NCBI GenBank assembly: GCA_963422265.1
Contig: OY729416.1
Span: forward strand, 928,001-992,000
Direction: 5' to 3'
DNA: 64,000 nucleotides
DNA from: Thermodesulfobacteriota bacterium
Lineage (GTDB): Bacteria; Desulfobacterota_D; UBA1144; Nemesobacterales; UBA2774
Positions 42,548-52,652 of the stretch are shown one piece after another. The notes beneath the pieces were generated by a model. It had not been told where the DNA came from. It worked only from the letters and a program-made list of their open reading frames with translations, and did no database searches. The position numbers and the translations under genes were made by a program. Every line of letters starts with the position of its first letter. Position 1 is the first letter of the stretch.

Positions 42548-43780
42548 ATGTTTGGCAAAAAGATATTTTACGGATGGTATATAGTAGTAGCTTCGCTATT
42601 TATAATAATTCTTGATGGCTTGCTTCTCTACTCTTTCGGCGTATTTCTGCCTTATATAAACGAGGAGTTCGGCATGTCTCGGGCATTAGGCTCCTCGCTC
42701 TTTTCATTCCGCTCACTTATCCTAGCGCCCGGCTTTATTATCGCAGGCAGACTCATAGACAAATACGACCCTAGAATTGTAATTTTCGGCGGAGGCTCAA
42801 TAGCAGCTTTGGGGATGATACTTTCGGGCTTTGCCAGCAACGTATGGGAGCTGTTTATCTTCTACGGATTGTTCGTTGGTTTAGGGGACACCGTTCTCTA
42901 CATAACCTGCGTCGCGGTCATAAGCAGGTGGTTCGTGAAAAAACGCACCCTTGCAATAGGGATTATCACAACCGGAGTGCCACTTAGCGGACTGATAACA
43001 AATCCTCTCACGGCATCGTTAATTAACAACTTGGGCTTTAGGTCCGCCCTTATAACGCTTGGAGTCATAATGCTTATCACTCTCCTATCGTCATTCGTCC
43101 TAAGGGGTTATCCAAAGGACGTTGGGCTTAGCCCTTACGGAGAAGAAAATGACGGAACGCAGGAAGATGGATGGGGCGGAAATAAAAGCAACGGAGAATG
43201 GACGGCCACTGAGGCTATCTCTACTCCTAATTACTGGATTATGTATTTGATGTTCGTCTTTGGTTTCATAGCGTTCTTAACAATAGTTACGCAGTTTTAT
43301 AACTTCGAGATTGATCTTAACATTCCAGCGGTGGCAGCAGCCGGTCCACCCGCGGCGATAGGGCTAGGAAGTATCCTGGGAAGAACCATCCTAACGTCAC
43401 TATTCGCAGAATCGCTAGACTACCATAAAGTCCTATTTGTATGCCTCTTAATGCAGGGAAGCTCTATAATTATTCTTTTGACATTTGATAGTATTTGGGC
43501 TTTTTACACATTTGGATTGATGTTCGGCTTTTTTTACAGTGGATGCATACCCATATTCCCCACCCTCCTCGCGAAGTTCTACGGATTAAAGGCGCTGGGG
43601 ACGATCTACGGTATATTCGGCACTGCTTATTCAATCGCGGCTATCGGTGCGCCTATCCTTGCAGGCTACGTCTTTGATATAACAGGGAGCTATTACTACC
43701 CATTCCTGTTCTCAGTATTCTGCTGCTATCTAGCTGCAATCGGTGCTTTTTTGATAAAAACGCCGGTAAAGAAAACATAA
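42548..43780 (+). CDS. MFS transporter (OFA/MCT-like)
   Basis: FYGWYIV, GRLIDKYDPR, SRWFVKKR, about 12 TM segments. Confidence 0.9.
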   Translation: MFGKKIFYGWYIVVASLFIIILDGLLLYSFGVFLPYINEEFGMSRALGSSLFSFRSLILAPGFIIAGRLIDKYDPRIVIFGGGSIAALGMILSGFASNVWELFIFYGLFVGLGDTVLYITCVAVISRWFVKKRTLAIGIITTGVPLSGLITNPLTASLINNLGFRSALITLGVIMLITLLSSFVLRGYPKDVGLSPYGEENDGTQEDGWGGNKSNGEWTATEAISTPNYWIMYLMFVFGFIAFLTIVTQFYNFEIDLNIPAVAAAGPPAAIGLGSILGRTILTSLFAESLDYHKVLFVCLLMQGSSIIILLTFDSIWAFYTFGLMFGFFYSGCIPIFPTLLAKFYGLKALGTIYGIFGTAYSIAAIGAPILAGYVFDITGSYYYPFLFSVFCCYLAAIGAFLIKTPVKKT

Positions 43781-43831
43781 TGGGCAAAGCAAACATCTGC
43801 CTAATAACAGAGCTAATCCGGGGCTCTCAAG

Positions 43832-44827
43832 TTATGGATTCAATATCAACTTGCCAAACTGGTTTCTATCCTCAAGCCTTTTATGAGCTTGAGCCGCTTC
43901 TGACAAATGAAATTTTTCGTCTATAACGGGGTGGAGCCTGCCTAATGAGACAAGGTTGATAACGTTTGTCAAATTCTTGCGAGGAGAGTTAAAAACCGTA
44001 ACCCCTATTATAGAAAGGTCTCTCATAATTATCGGTCCGAAATTCATCTCGGCTTTTCCCCCGCCCACAACACCAACGAGAAGCATACGTCCCCCAGCTT
44101 TTAATGATTTAAGATTCTTTTCCCATACTGAGGCGCCAATTTGATCAAAGATCAAGTCAACTCCTTTTCCATCCGTCACTTTCTTCACCTCGTCGGCAAA
44201 ATCAGAGGCGTTGTAATTAATGGTAGCATCCGCCCCTATCTCCTTTACTTTTTTGAGCTTCTCGTCGCTTCCCGCAGTCGCAATCACGGTTGCCCCACCC
44301 TCTTTCGCAATCTGCACCGCCGCGCTGCCCGTCCCACTACCCGCGGCGTGGACAAGCACCGTCTCGTCCGACCGCATACCCCCCCTGTCAAATAGACCAT
44401 ACCAAGCCGTAACGTAGCAAACCGGAAGAGTAGAAGCATCATCATAAGAAACTTCATCAGGTATAGGCACCACGTTGTGGGCTGGGACAGCTACGTAGTC
44501 CGCGTAGCCACCGTAGAAATTAACGCCGACAACGCTAGGTCCCTTGTCCGTCTTTACCGTAGGATCAACAACGACGCGGGTTCCCTTGTCTAAATTCTTT
44601 ACGCTCCCACCTACTTCTTCTACGTCACCCGCAATATCCACCCCGCCTATATGAGGTAGATCCACTGGTCTAGGAGACTTTCCCGACCTAAGGCGCAAAT
44701 CCAGATGGTTTATTGAGGTTGCCTTCACGCGCACCAAAACCTCCTCGTCTCCTACGCTAGGTTTCTCTACGTCCTCATATTTCAATACTTCAACTTCGCC
44801 AAACTCATGATAACGAATCGCTTTCAT
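43832..44827 (-). CDS. NADPH:quinone oxidoreductase-like MDR-family dehydrogenase
   Basis: PHIGGVDIAG, GGYADY, HAAGSGTG, QFGKLIL. Confidence 0.88.
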   Translation of the reverse strand: MKAIRYHEFGEVEVLKYEDVEKPSVGDEEVLVRVKATSINHLDLRLRSGKSPRPVDLPHIGGVDIAGDVEEVGGSVKNLDKGTRVVVDPTVKTDKGPSVVGVNFYGGYADYVAVPAHNVVPIPDEVSYDDASTLPVCYVTAWYGLFDRGGMRSDETVLVHAAGSGTGSAAVQIAKEGGATVIATAGSDEKLKKVKEIGADATINYNASDFADEVKKVTDGKGVDLIFDQIGASVWEKNLKSLKAGGRMLLVGVVGGGKAEMNFGPIIMRDLSIIGVTVFNSPRKNLTNVINLVSLGRLHPVIDEKFHLSEAAQAHKRLEDRNQFGKLILNP

Positions 44828-45002
44828 CTTTAGTCTCCTTAAAATTAATTCAACATTTTATTTTTACATTTGTTTATTCTAATCTATTGAGAGAAAAATG
44901 TTAAACTACTGCATGCCTAGTTTATATATTTTGTTGAAGACTTATAGCCGATAAGGTAGCTTGTGAGGCAAGGCATTAATAAATGAAGCGTATGAACCGA
45001 CT

Positions 45003-45227
45003 ATGTTTGGAATAGGCACAGGTGAGATATTAGTAATACTGCTTATAGCCCTTTTGATACTTGGACCAAAAGAAATTCCCAAGCTAGCGAGGACACTAGG
45101 AAGGGGGATGAGGGAAATTGAACGCACTAAAGACGAGCTGAAGCAGTCCATCAACTTTGAAGAAGACGACAAAGGGAGAAATAAAAAGTCCACAGAGGAA
45201 AACAATCAGCTTACAAAGGGCAGTTAG
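45003..45227 (+). CDS. tatA: Twin-arginine translocase TatA/TatB-family subunit
   Basis: MFGIGTGEILVILLIALLILGPKEIPKLARTLG. Confidence 0.8.
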   Translation: MFGIGTGEILVILLIALLILGPKEIPKLARTLGRGMREIERTKDELKQSINFEEDDKGRNKKSTEENNQLTKGS

Positions 45228-45252
45228 CCCTATTATTCAGAAAGTTATGAAC

Positions 45253-47103
45253 TTAAAAAGCCTGCCCTATGCTTAAAAAGAACCGGAAATTTCTAGTCTC
45301 GGATCCGGAATTTAGAGCATAACCAACATCAAATCCTAAGGGACCTATACGCGTATTATATCTTAGCCCTAGTCCCGGTGCATATTTTAATTGATCAAGA
45401 GGGAGTTCCCACCCCTTCTGGTACACGTTACCGTAATCAAAGAATGCTACTCCACTGAAACTACCGCGTAAGGGAAATCTTAACTCAAGGCTCCCCGTGA
45501 GAAGTGAGTTGCCCCCAAGCGGATCACCGTCCTCATCAAGAGCACCCAACTTCTGGAAGGAAAACCCCCTCATGCTAGAACTACCGCCCGCAAAAAACCT
45601 CTTGAATATAGGCACGTCAAACGTGCTGGTCGAGCCAAATGGTTGTATAACGCCCACACTAAGCCTTTTCGCTAAGACTAAGCGGCGCAGCTTCTTATAC
45701 CTTCTTAACTCGAGGGTGCCTTTTAGGTAGTTAACCTCGGACGCTAGAGCCCTGAATGAAGATTCAAGGCTTGATGAAACCACGGTTCCTCTGGAAGGAT
45801 TCAAAATACTGTCCGTCGTATTCCTCTCAATAACAGTATTGAAGAAAGTAAGAAAGAAATTCTCATGGCGTTTGTAATCGAGGGTCCCTGTCGTTTTGTC
45901 CCGCACGTTTGAAAATTGGACGTTGAAGGAGCCAGACCACAAGTAATTTTTGTAAAAACCTTTTTGCACCCTTCCAGCAACCAAAAAGCCTCTACTCTCA
46001 AAGCTCGACACATTGTTCCTTTCAAAATTGAGAAACCCTGAGACCTCAGAGTCTTTTCCAAGGATAAAAGGCTGCGCTAGGCTAGTCTCTACCTTTTGAG
46101 TAATAAAAGAGAACTTGCCAGATGCCCCTAATCTTCTACTACCCCCGAGAAAGTTGCTATGAGTCCAGACGACCTGAGCCCTGAGTTTATCTTCAGTGCC
46201 AAAGCCACCTCCCACCTTTACGGATCCGTGTTTTCTTTCTTTGACAACCATTTTCACGTTGGCGACCCTATCTTCGTCATTAAATACTGGATCAACTACA
46301 ACTAGCCTGAATAAGCCAAGTTGCAGAATACTAGTCTGCGTATCATTGAGTTTTTCCAGTGAATACGATTCACCCTCCTCGAAATCCGCCTCCCTTTCAA
46401 TTATATGGCTCTCAATATCGTCATTGCCTTCTACCCTTATAGTTCCGAATTTATAAATAGCAACCGGGTCTATAACGAATCTCACACGCGCCCATCTCTC
46501 CCTTCTATTTACAAGCGCCTCACCTTCAACCTCAGCCTTAGGATATCCGTTATTTGAAAGAACCTCTGATATTGCCTGCCTCAACCGCCGGTATGCGATT
46601 ATGGAAAAGACATCGCCAGTCTCCAGGGACAAAGCCCGGCTGACCTCTTTTTTTATTTCGTTACTTAGATTCCATTTATATGCTATATCAAACTCAGTTA
46701 GTATGACCGGTCGTCCTTCCTCTATATTGATAGTAATATTGACGCGCTTTCGGTCCTCACTATAGCTAAGTTCATAAGCAGATTGCACATCGTGGTAACC
46801 GTGATGCGCATAAAGACTTTTTATCCTAGCCATATCATTCTTTAAGATTTCTTCATCTAGCGCAGGTCTCTGCAGCCAGAATTTGGACGAGGGGAACTCA
46901 GTCCGCATATTTCGCTCTATCTCTCGCTCGCCAAGCGCTTTAGCTCCTTTTATCGTTATCTTGGAAATGCGGGCTGAACCCCCTGAGTCTTTCGCTTCCT
47001 GAGCCAAATCTTGAGCTTCTTGGGAGAAAGCGGTGGTTGAATAGCTAAGAGGCATCCCACATAAAGCAAGGCAAAAAAAGATTCCGATTACAAGTCTGGT
47101 CAT
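45253..47103 (-). CDS. Omp85-family outer-membrane protein, TamA-like (three POTRA-like domains plus barrel)
   Basis: Signal peptide, GY motifs in POTRA segments, FFAGGSSSMRGF, terminal IGQAF. Confidence 0.88.
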   Translation of the reverse strand: MTRLVIGIFFCLALCGMPLSYSTTAFSQEAQDLAQEAKDSGGSARISKITIKGAKALGEREIERNMRTEFPSSKFWLQRPALDEEILKNDMARIKSLYAHHGYHDVQSAYELSYSEDRKRVNITINIEEGRPVILTEFDIAYKWNLSNEIKKEVSRALSLETGDVFSIIAYRRLRQAISEVLSNNGYPKAEVEGEALVNRRERWARVRFVIDPVAIYKFGTIRVEGNDDIESHIIEREADFEEGESYSLEKLNDTQTSILQLGLFRLVVVDPVFNDEDRVANVKMVVKERKHGSVKVGGGFGTEDKLRAQVVWTHSNFLGGSRRLGASGKFSFITQKVETSLAQPFILGKDSEVSGFLNFERNNVSSFESRGFLVAGRVQKGFYKNYLWSGSFNVQFSNVRDKTTGTLDYKRHENFFLTFFNTVIERNTTDSILNPSRGTVVSSSLESSFRALASEVNYLKGTLELRRYKKLRRLVLAKRLSVGVIQPFGSTSTFDVPIFKRFFAGGSSSMRGFSFQKLGALDEDGDPLGGNSLLTGSLELRFPLRGSFSGVAFFDYGNVYQKGWELPLDQLKYAPGLGLRYNTRIGPLGFDVGYALNSGSETRNFRFFLSIGQAF

Positions 47104-47324
47104 TGCGCTGATTGAATCAGGTGGCTACTAACCTGAGGAGAGGCGCTTGCTAAAAAAAACTAGCCGTCTTTTTTTAAGACTTTCTTAATATACAACCCTA
47201 ATGCGCTTATCGGGAGACGTTAAGGAAGGGAACAGCTTTTGCTGCCTTTCTCTCTGGATTCACATAGTTATGGGAACGGCGTCCCCGAATACGCCAGCCG
47301 TTAATAACCCGTTAACCTCATCTA

Positions 47325-48836
47325 TCATTTCTTCTCGCTATCCTTTCCAGAACCTTCAACCCTGATAGTCATATAAAAGGTGCTTTCTCCCCTTCGTATT
47401 AAGAAAAGGGCAGTTCCACCGCTCTTGACGCTATCTATAGCGGACGCGTAATTCTTCAGATTTTCAATAGGTTTTTTATCTATCTCAAGTATCACGTCAC
47501 CGGGTCTGATACCAGCATACGCCGCTATACTTCCCCGCTCGACCCCTGCTACTATAACCCCTCTAGTATCGCTGAGATTGAAACGCTCAGCAATATTCGG
47601 AGTTATCTCTCTAACGGTAAGACCAATTCTCTCCTTGTTTTCTAACTGCGTCTGCGCCTCTCGCTCGTCTTCAGGTAGTTTGCCGAGTTTGACTCTGACG
47701 TTCTTCATTTTGCCGTTGCTAATGAGTTTAACGTTGACCTCGGTCTCGGGTGACGTAGAGGCAGCCATTGTCCTAACGTCAGTCACGTCTTTAACCTTAT
47801 TCCCGTTAAATTCAATAATAACGTTTCCCCTCTCTATACCAGCCTTCTCAGCCGGGCTACCGGTCATCACGTCGCTTACAAGAGCGCCTTCATTCTCTTT
47901 AATCCCAAAACTTGCGGCAATATCAGGCGTAAGAGGCTGAACGTAAATCCCTAGCCAACCCCTTACTACGCTCCCTTTATTCTTTAGTTGCTCTATTACG
48001 GATTCAGCCATGCTTACGGGTATAGAGAATCCTATACCCTGTCCATGCCTTGCAATAGCCGTATTAATGCCTACAACGTCTCCGTTGAGATTAAAAAGCG
48101 GTCCCCCACTATTACCCGGGTTGAGGGAAGCGTCCGTCTGAATGAAATCTTCGTAATCACTAAGCCCTAGAGAACGTCCCTTAGCGCTTACTATACCGGT
48201 CGTTACGGTGTAGCCGAAACCAAGTGGATTGCCTATAGCTATCACCCAGTCACCTATTCTTAGCTTATCAGAATCCCCAAATCTGACAGCATGCAGTTCT
48301 TTATCAGGCTCAATTTTAAGCACGGCTAAATCTGTTTTGGGATCCTTCCCTATTATTTTCGCTTTATATTTGTCGCCGCTTTGCAAAACTACCTCTATAT
48401 CTTCGGCATTCTGGATCACGTGATTATTGGTAACAACGTAGCCGTCGCTGCTAATGACAAAACCAGAGCCTAAACCCCGATGCCTATACTCCCTCTCTCC
48501 AAAAAACCTCTTGAAAAAATCATCAAAGGGGTGATTCTCGCCAAATGGACTCCTCGGCATCCCATCAAATGGGCCTCTTTGACTAATTACCCCAGTCGTG
48601 CTTATATTCACTACCGACGGTTTGAGACTTTCTATTAAATCCGCAAAGGAAGGAAACTTCTGGGTAACTATTTTCGTATGTGCTTTCCCTTCATCCCTCT
48701 TATTCTCCTCAGCAGACCGCTCCTTCGCGATTGAGTTCTTATTTGATAAGATGGATTTGTCAATATTCTCACAACCAGCCGCCGTGAAAGAAACAGCTAA
48801 CAGGATAATAAGCAACAAACTGAACGATAATCTCAT
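47325..48836 (-). CDS. degP: DegP/DegQ (HtrA) serine protease with two PDZ domains
   Basis: VTNNHV, DPKTDLAV, NPGNSGGPL, RGWLGI; lipobox-like AAGC. Confidence 0.93.
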   Translation of the reverse strand: MRLSFSLLLIILLAVSFTAAGCENIDKSILSNKNSIAKERSAEENKRDEGKAHTKIVTQKFPSFADLIESLKPSVVNISTTGVISQRGPFDGMPRSPFGENHPFDDFFKRFFGEREYRHRGLGSGFVISSDGYVVTNNHVIQNAEDIEVVLQSGDKYKAKIIGKDPKTDLAVLKIEPDKELHAVRFGDSDKLRIGDWVIAIGNPLGFGYTVTTGIVSAKGRSLGLSDYEDFIQTDASLNPGNSGGPLFNLNGDVVGINTAIARHGQGIGFSIPVSMAESVIEQLKNKGSVVRGWLGIYVQPLTPDIAASFGIKENEGALVSDVMTGSPAEKAGIERGNVIIEFNGNKVKDVTDVRTMAASTSPETEVNVKLISNGKMKNVRVKLGKLPEDEREAQTQLENKERIGLTVREITPNIAERFNLSDTRGVIVAGVERGSIAAYAGIRPGDVILEIDKKPIENLKNYASAIDSVKSGGTALFLIRRGESTFYMTIRVEGSGKDSEKK

Positions 48837-48977
48837 TACTCCCTCCTTGAGTTTCTTTTAACAGGGATAATATAGCAGTGAATACCATATAGGCAAGCGC
48901 CTTACCTTTATGTTGCCGACTCACCTTGCTACGGTAATTATTATGAGATTTCAAAGAGTTCTTTAGGGAAAGGGACA

Positions 48978-51365
48978 TTGATCAAGCTCATTGAAAGATA
49001 TATGAAATGGCTTCATACGCAGTGGCCTGCAGGCGCCTGTGAGAAGCTACCCGAAGTCAATAGCGACTACTCAACAAATATTCCAGGTCTATATGTAGTA
49101 GGAGACCTAACTGGAATACCTCTGCTAAAATTCTCCTCTGATTCAGGAGCTAAAGCCGTTAAGTCTATCCTCTCTGATAACAGCTTTCGCAGTAAACGCT
49201 CGCAAAATCAGAGTCCCGATATACTTGACCTAGTTATAATCGGCGCTGGCGTATCAGGTATGGCAGCCGCCCTTGAGGCGAGAAAAAACGACCTTAATTT
49301 TGAAATACTAGAGGCTACGGAACCCCTCTCAACCATTGTGAATTTCCCTAAGGGGAAACCAATATACGCTTACCCAACCGACATGTCACCTGAGGGTGAC
49401 CTTCAGTTTACGCAGGAGGTAAAGGAGCCACTTGTTGAAGAAATAAAAGACCAGACTTTGAGTAAAGGGATTACGCCTAAAATAGCTAGGGCTGAAAAAG
49501 TTGAACTCAAAGGGGATTATTTTGAGATAACGATCCCTGATGGAGAAAATCTAAAGGCGAGGCGCATTATTGTCGGCATAGGTCGCTCAGGCAACTTCAG
49601 GAAATTAGGAGTGCGGGGAGAAGATAGAAATAAGGTATTCAATCGCCTTCACGATCCAAAGGACTTTGAGGGGAAAAACGTTTTGGTGATAGGGGGCGGC
49701 GATAGCGCGCTAGAGACGTCTATCGCAATAGCCAAGGCGGGTGGACTGGTTACGCACTCCTATAGAAGAGAAGAATTCTCTCGCCCTAAATCAAACAATA
49801 TAGAAGCTATCAATGCTCTTATGACTGACCCGATGGCGGACGTATCAATAGAGACCCCCTCTTCAGAACGCGTTACAACCTGCACGGGGAAGTTTACCTC
49901 AGATGAGCATAAACCCGGAAAGATGAACCTTCTAATGAAAAGCCAGGTTAAGGAAATTGGAGAACAAGGCGTAACGCTGATTGACAAGAATGGAAATGAG
50001 CTGACTATTGCGAATGACGTCGTGTTTACCATGATAGGGCGCGAGGCGCCGCTTGATTTTTTCCGCAGGAGTAAGGTGAAAATAAGCGGTGAGATTGGAG
50101 TTAAGGGAATAATCGGATTAGCAATCTCGCTTATATTTTTCACGTTTATCTATAACTGGAAGGCTGGCGGTTCTCTTACAAAACTCTTTCAGATGAATGA
50201 ATGGTTCCCATACAACCTACCAACGCTACTTAAGAGCATGAGCGAGCCTGTTAGCCAACAAGTTAACGATCCCGCTACATTGATAGGGAATCTATCAATC
50301 ACGCTCGAAGAACCGGGATTCTACTATTCATTTCTATATACCCTAATCATTATCATTTTTGGCATTCTAAGGATTAGAAGGCGTAAAACGCCATATATTA
50401 CAGCGCAAACAATATCGCTTATCTTAGTGCAGGTTATACCCCTTTTTCTTTTGCCGTATTTCACCTTACCCTTACTAGGCGCTAACGGCTTTTTTGACTC
50501 AGGAATGCCGAAGGTAGTAGCCGATTCCTTATTTCCCGAAGCTAACTACGGACACGGGCGGGAATATTGGCGGGCATTTGGACTCATCCTCGCCTGGCCA
50601 CTATTTGTATGGAACGTTTTCAGTCATCAGCCACTTTGGGGATGGCTTGTTATAAGCGTGATACAAACGTTCGCTATCATTCCGGCTATTATCTACTTTT
50701 GGGGAAAGGGGGCATACTGTGGATGGATATGCTCTTGCGGGGCTATGGCTGAGACGCTTGGGGACGCGCATCGCCACAAAATGCCGCACGGCGCCAAGTG
50801 GAATCGGGCGAATATGCTCGGGCAGGTAATTTTAGCGATTGCTTTCATAATACTCTTTACGCGAATAATTAGTTGGGCAACACCTAACAGTAGTATTGGA
50901 CAAACCTTCAATAATCTTTATGTAGGTATGCTTTACGGATGGACGCCACTCGGAATACAACTCAATTATAAATGGGTGGTGGATATACTTTTAGCTGGCA
51001 TAATAGGCTATGGGCTCTACTTTTGGTATAGCGGCAGGGTATGGTGCAGGTTTGCGTGTCCCCTTGCAGCTCTTATGCACGTCTATACACGATTTAGCCG
51101 TTTTAGAATAATAGCAGACAAAAAGAAATGTATCTCCTGTAACCTGTGCACGTCGGTTTGTCACCAGGGAATAGACGTTATGAACTTTGCCAACAAAGGG
51201 CTGCCTATGAACGACCCTGAGTGCGTGCGATGCAGCGCCTGCGTTCAATCCTGCCCTACGGGGGTGCTCCAATTTGGGCAGATCAACAAGGAGACCGGTA
51301 AAGTAATTAAGATTGACAGCCTAGAGGCCTCTCCAGTTATTATGAGGGAAAGTATCAAGCAATGA
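48978..51365 (+). CDS. FAD/NAD(P)H oxidoreductase fused to a polytopic membrane 4Fe-4S (NapH/CcoG-like) domain
   Basis: GAGVSG, GGGDSA, GLYVVGD; TM region; YCGWICSCG, WCRFACP; CISCNLCTSVC and CVRCSACVQSCP. Confidence 0.85.
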   Translation: MIKLIERYMKWLHTQWPAGACEKLPEVNSDYSTNIPGLYVVGDLTGIPLLKFSSDSGAKAVKSILSDNSFRSKRSQNQSPDILDLVIIGAGVSGMAAALEARKNDLNFEILEATEPLSTIVNFPKGKPIYAYPTDMSPEGDLQFTQEVKEPLVEEIKDQTLSKGITPKIARAEKVELKGDYFEITIPDGENLKARRIIVGIGRSGNFRKLGVRGEDRNKVFNRLHDPKDFEGKNVLVIGGGDSALETSIAIAKAGGLVTHSYRREEFSRPKSNNIEAINALMTDPMADVSIETPSSERVTTCTGKFTSDEHKPGKMNLLMKSQVKEIGEQGVTLIDKNGNELTIANDVVFTMIGREAPLDFFRRSKVKISGEIGVKGIIGLAISLIFFTFIYNWKAGGSLTKLFQMNEWFPYNLPTLLKSMSEPVSQQVNDPATLIGNLSITLEEPGFYYSFLYTLIIIIFGILRIRRRKTPYITAQTISLILVQVIPLFLLPYFTLPLLGANGFFDSGMPKVVADSLFPEANYGHGREYWRAFGLILAWPLFVWNVFSHQPLWGWLVISVIQTFAIIPAIIYFWGKGAYCGWICSCGAMAETLGDAHRHKMPHGAKWNRANMLGQVILAIAFIILFTRIISWATPNSSIGQTFNNLYVGMLYGWTPLGIQLNYKWVVDILLAGIIGYGLYFWYSGRVWCRFACPLAALMHVYTRFSRFRIIADKKKCISCNLCTSVCHQGIDVMNFANKGLPMNDPECVRCSACVQSCPTGVLQFGQINKETGKVIKIDSLEASPVIMRESIKQ

Positions 51366-52057
51366 AAAAGAAAACATTAGTAATAATCCCTGCGTTTAAT
51401 GAAGAAGACTCCATTGAGAAAGTAATAGGAGATATTCCTCACAATCTAGTAAACGAGGTTGTAGTAGTCAACAACGGCTCGATGGATAAGACTGAAGAAA
51501 AGGCTAGGAACGCGGGAGCAACAGTGGTTAGAGAACACAGAAAGGGATATGGCTATGCCTGTCTTAAAGGGATTGAATACGCAAAGTTTAAACCGGCAAA
51601 TGAACACCCTGACTTTATAGTCTTTCTTGACGGTGATTATTCTGATTACCCTGAGGAGATGGAAAGGCTCGTAACGCCAATAATAAAAGAGAATTATGAC
51701 ATGGTCATAGGTTCCAGAAAACTCGGCAATTCTGAAAAAGGTGCTATGCTACCCCAGCAAGTATTTGGAAACGCCCTTGCCACAACCTTAATAAAGCTCT
51801 TATACGGCGCCGCTTTTACAGACCTAGGACCCTTCAGGGCTATAAAGCTGGATAAGCTGCTGGAGCTTGGCATGGAGGACAAAACCTATGGGTGGACTGC
51901 CGAAATGCAGGTTAAGGCAGCTAAAAAAGGGTATAAATACCTTGAAGTTCCCGTTGGTTATCGCAAAAGAATTGGGAAGTCAAAAATAACAGGCACGCTC
52001 AAAGGCTCAATCAAAGCGGGTTATAAGATTATTTGGACGATATTTAGGTGTTTGTGA
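51362..52057 (+). CDS. Family 2 glycosyltransferase
   Basis: IIPAFNEE, VNNGSMD, GYGYAC, FLDGD, TDLGPFRA; ATGA overlap with the upstream gene. Confidence 0.9.
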   Translation: MKKKTLVIIPAFNEEDSIEKVIGDIPHNLVNEVVVVNNGSMDKTEEKARNAGATVVREHRKGYGYACLKGIEYAKFKPANEHPDFIVFLDGDYSDYPEEMERLVTPIIKENYDMVIGSRKLGNSEKGAMLPQQVFGNALATTLIKLLYGAAFTDLGPFRAIKLDKLLELGMEDKTYGWTAEMQVKAAKKGYKYLEVPVGYRKRIGKSKITGTLKGSIKAGYKIIWTIFRCL

Positions 52058-52096
52058 GGGGTGGCGGGTTGGGACGCATTAGATTTTTCTAAGCTC

Positions 52097-52339
52097 TCAA
52101 TTCCCCGCCTGCTTTTTACGGAAGGAGGAAATAATCTCATCTAATTCTTGCTCACCGATGCCGCCAACGCTGGCAGAATTATCTTTCTCATTAGCATTCT
52201 CCTTGTATGGTAACTCAGAAGCAATAGCCTTAGACGCTACTCGCAGCAAAAGAAAAAAGGAAATAATAGAAAGATCCAAGGCAATCGAAAAAGAAATCCA
52301 AACAACAACACTAAAAGAATTGCTAAACTTCCAACTCAA
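52097..52339 (-). pseudogene. Possible 3' fragment of a membrane-protein gene at the island edge
   Basis: Hydrophobic stretch plus charged tail; the frame extends to a stop at 52397-52399 with no ATG. Confidence 0.25.
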
Positions 52340-52652
52340 TGACCCTAAAAATTGAAAACCCCCTGTATAAACTCCAACAGGGGAGAGCGGGGGAGATCAA
52401 AGGACCGCCTGTATCTCTGTCTTAGCACGATTTAAGCTCACTTAGAAAGCTTTTTAAGGGGCAGATAAATACCCATTAAAATTAAGCTGATTACTTAAAT
52501 TTAGCCGCGTTAGGACAAAGAACCTGTTCCACTTTTTGCCAAAACATCTGTCCAGTTATACTTTTCATGTCTTAATTGCTCTTAAGACTTATTTCTATAC
52601 TTCATACTTCTGAACTCAATTTCTGATTCCTCAGTTAGAAGGGGGTAACCAA

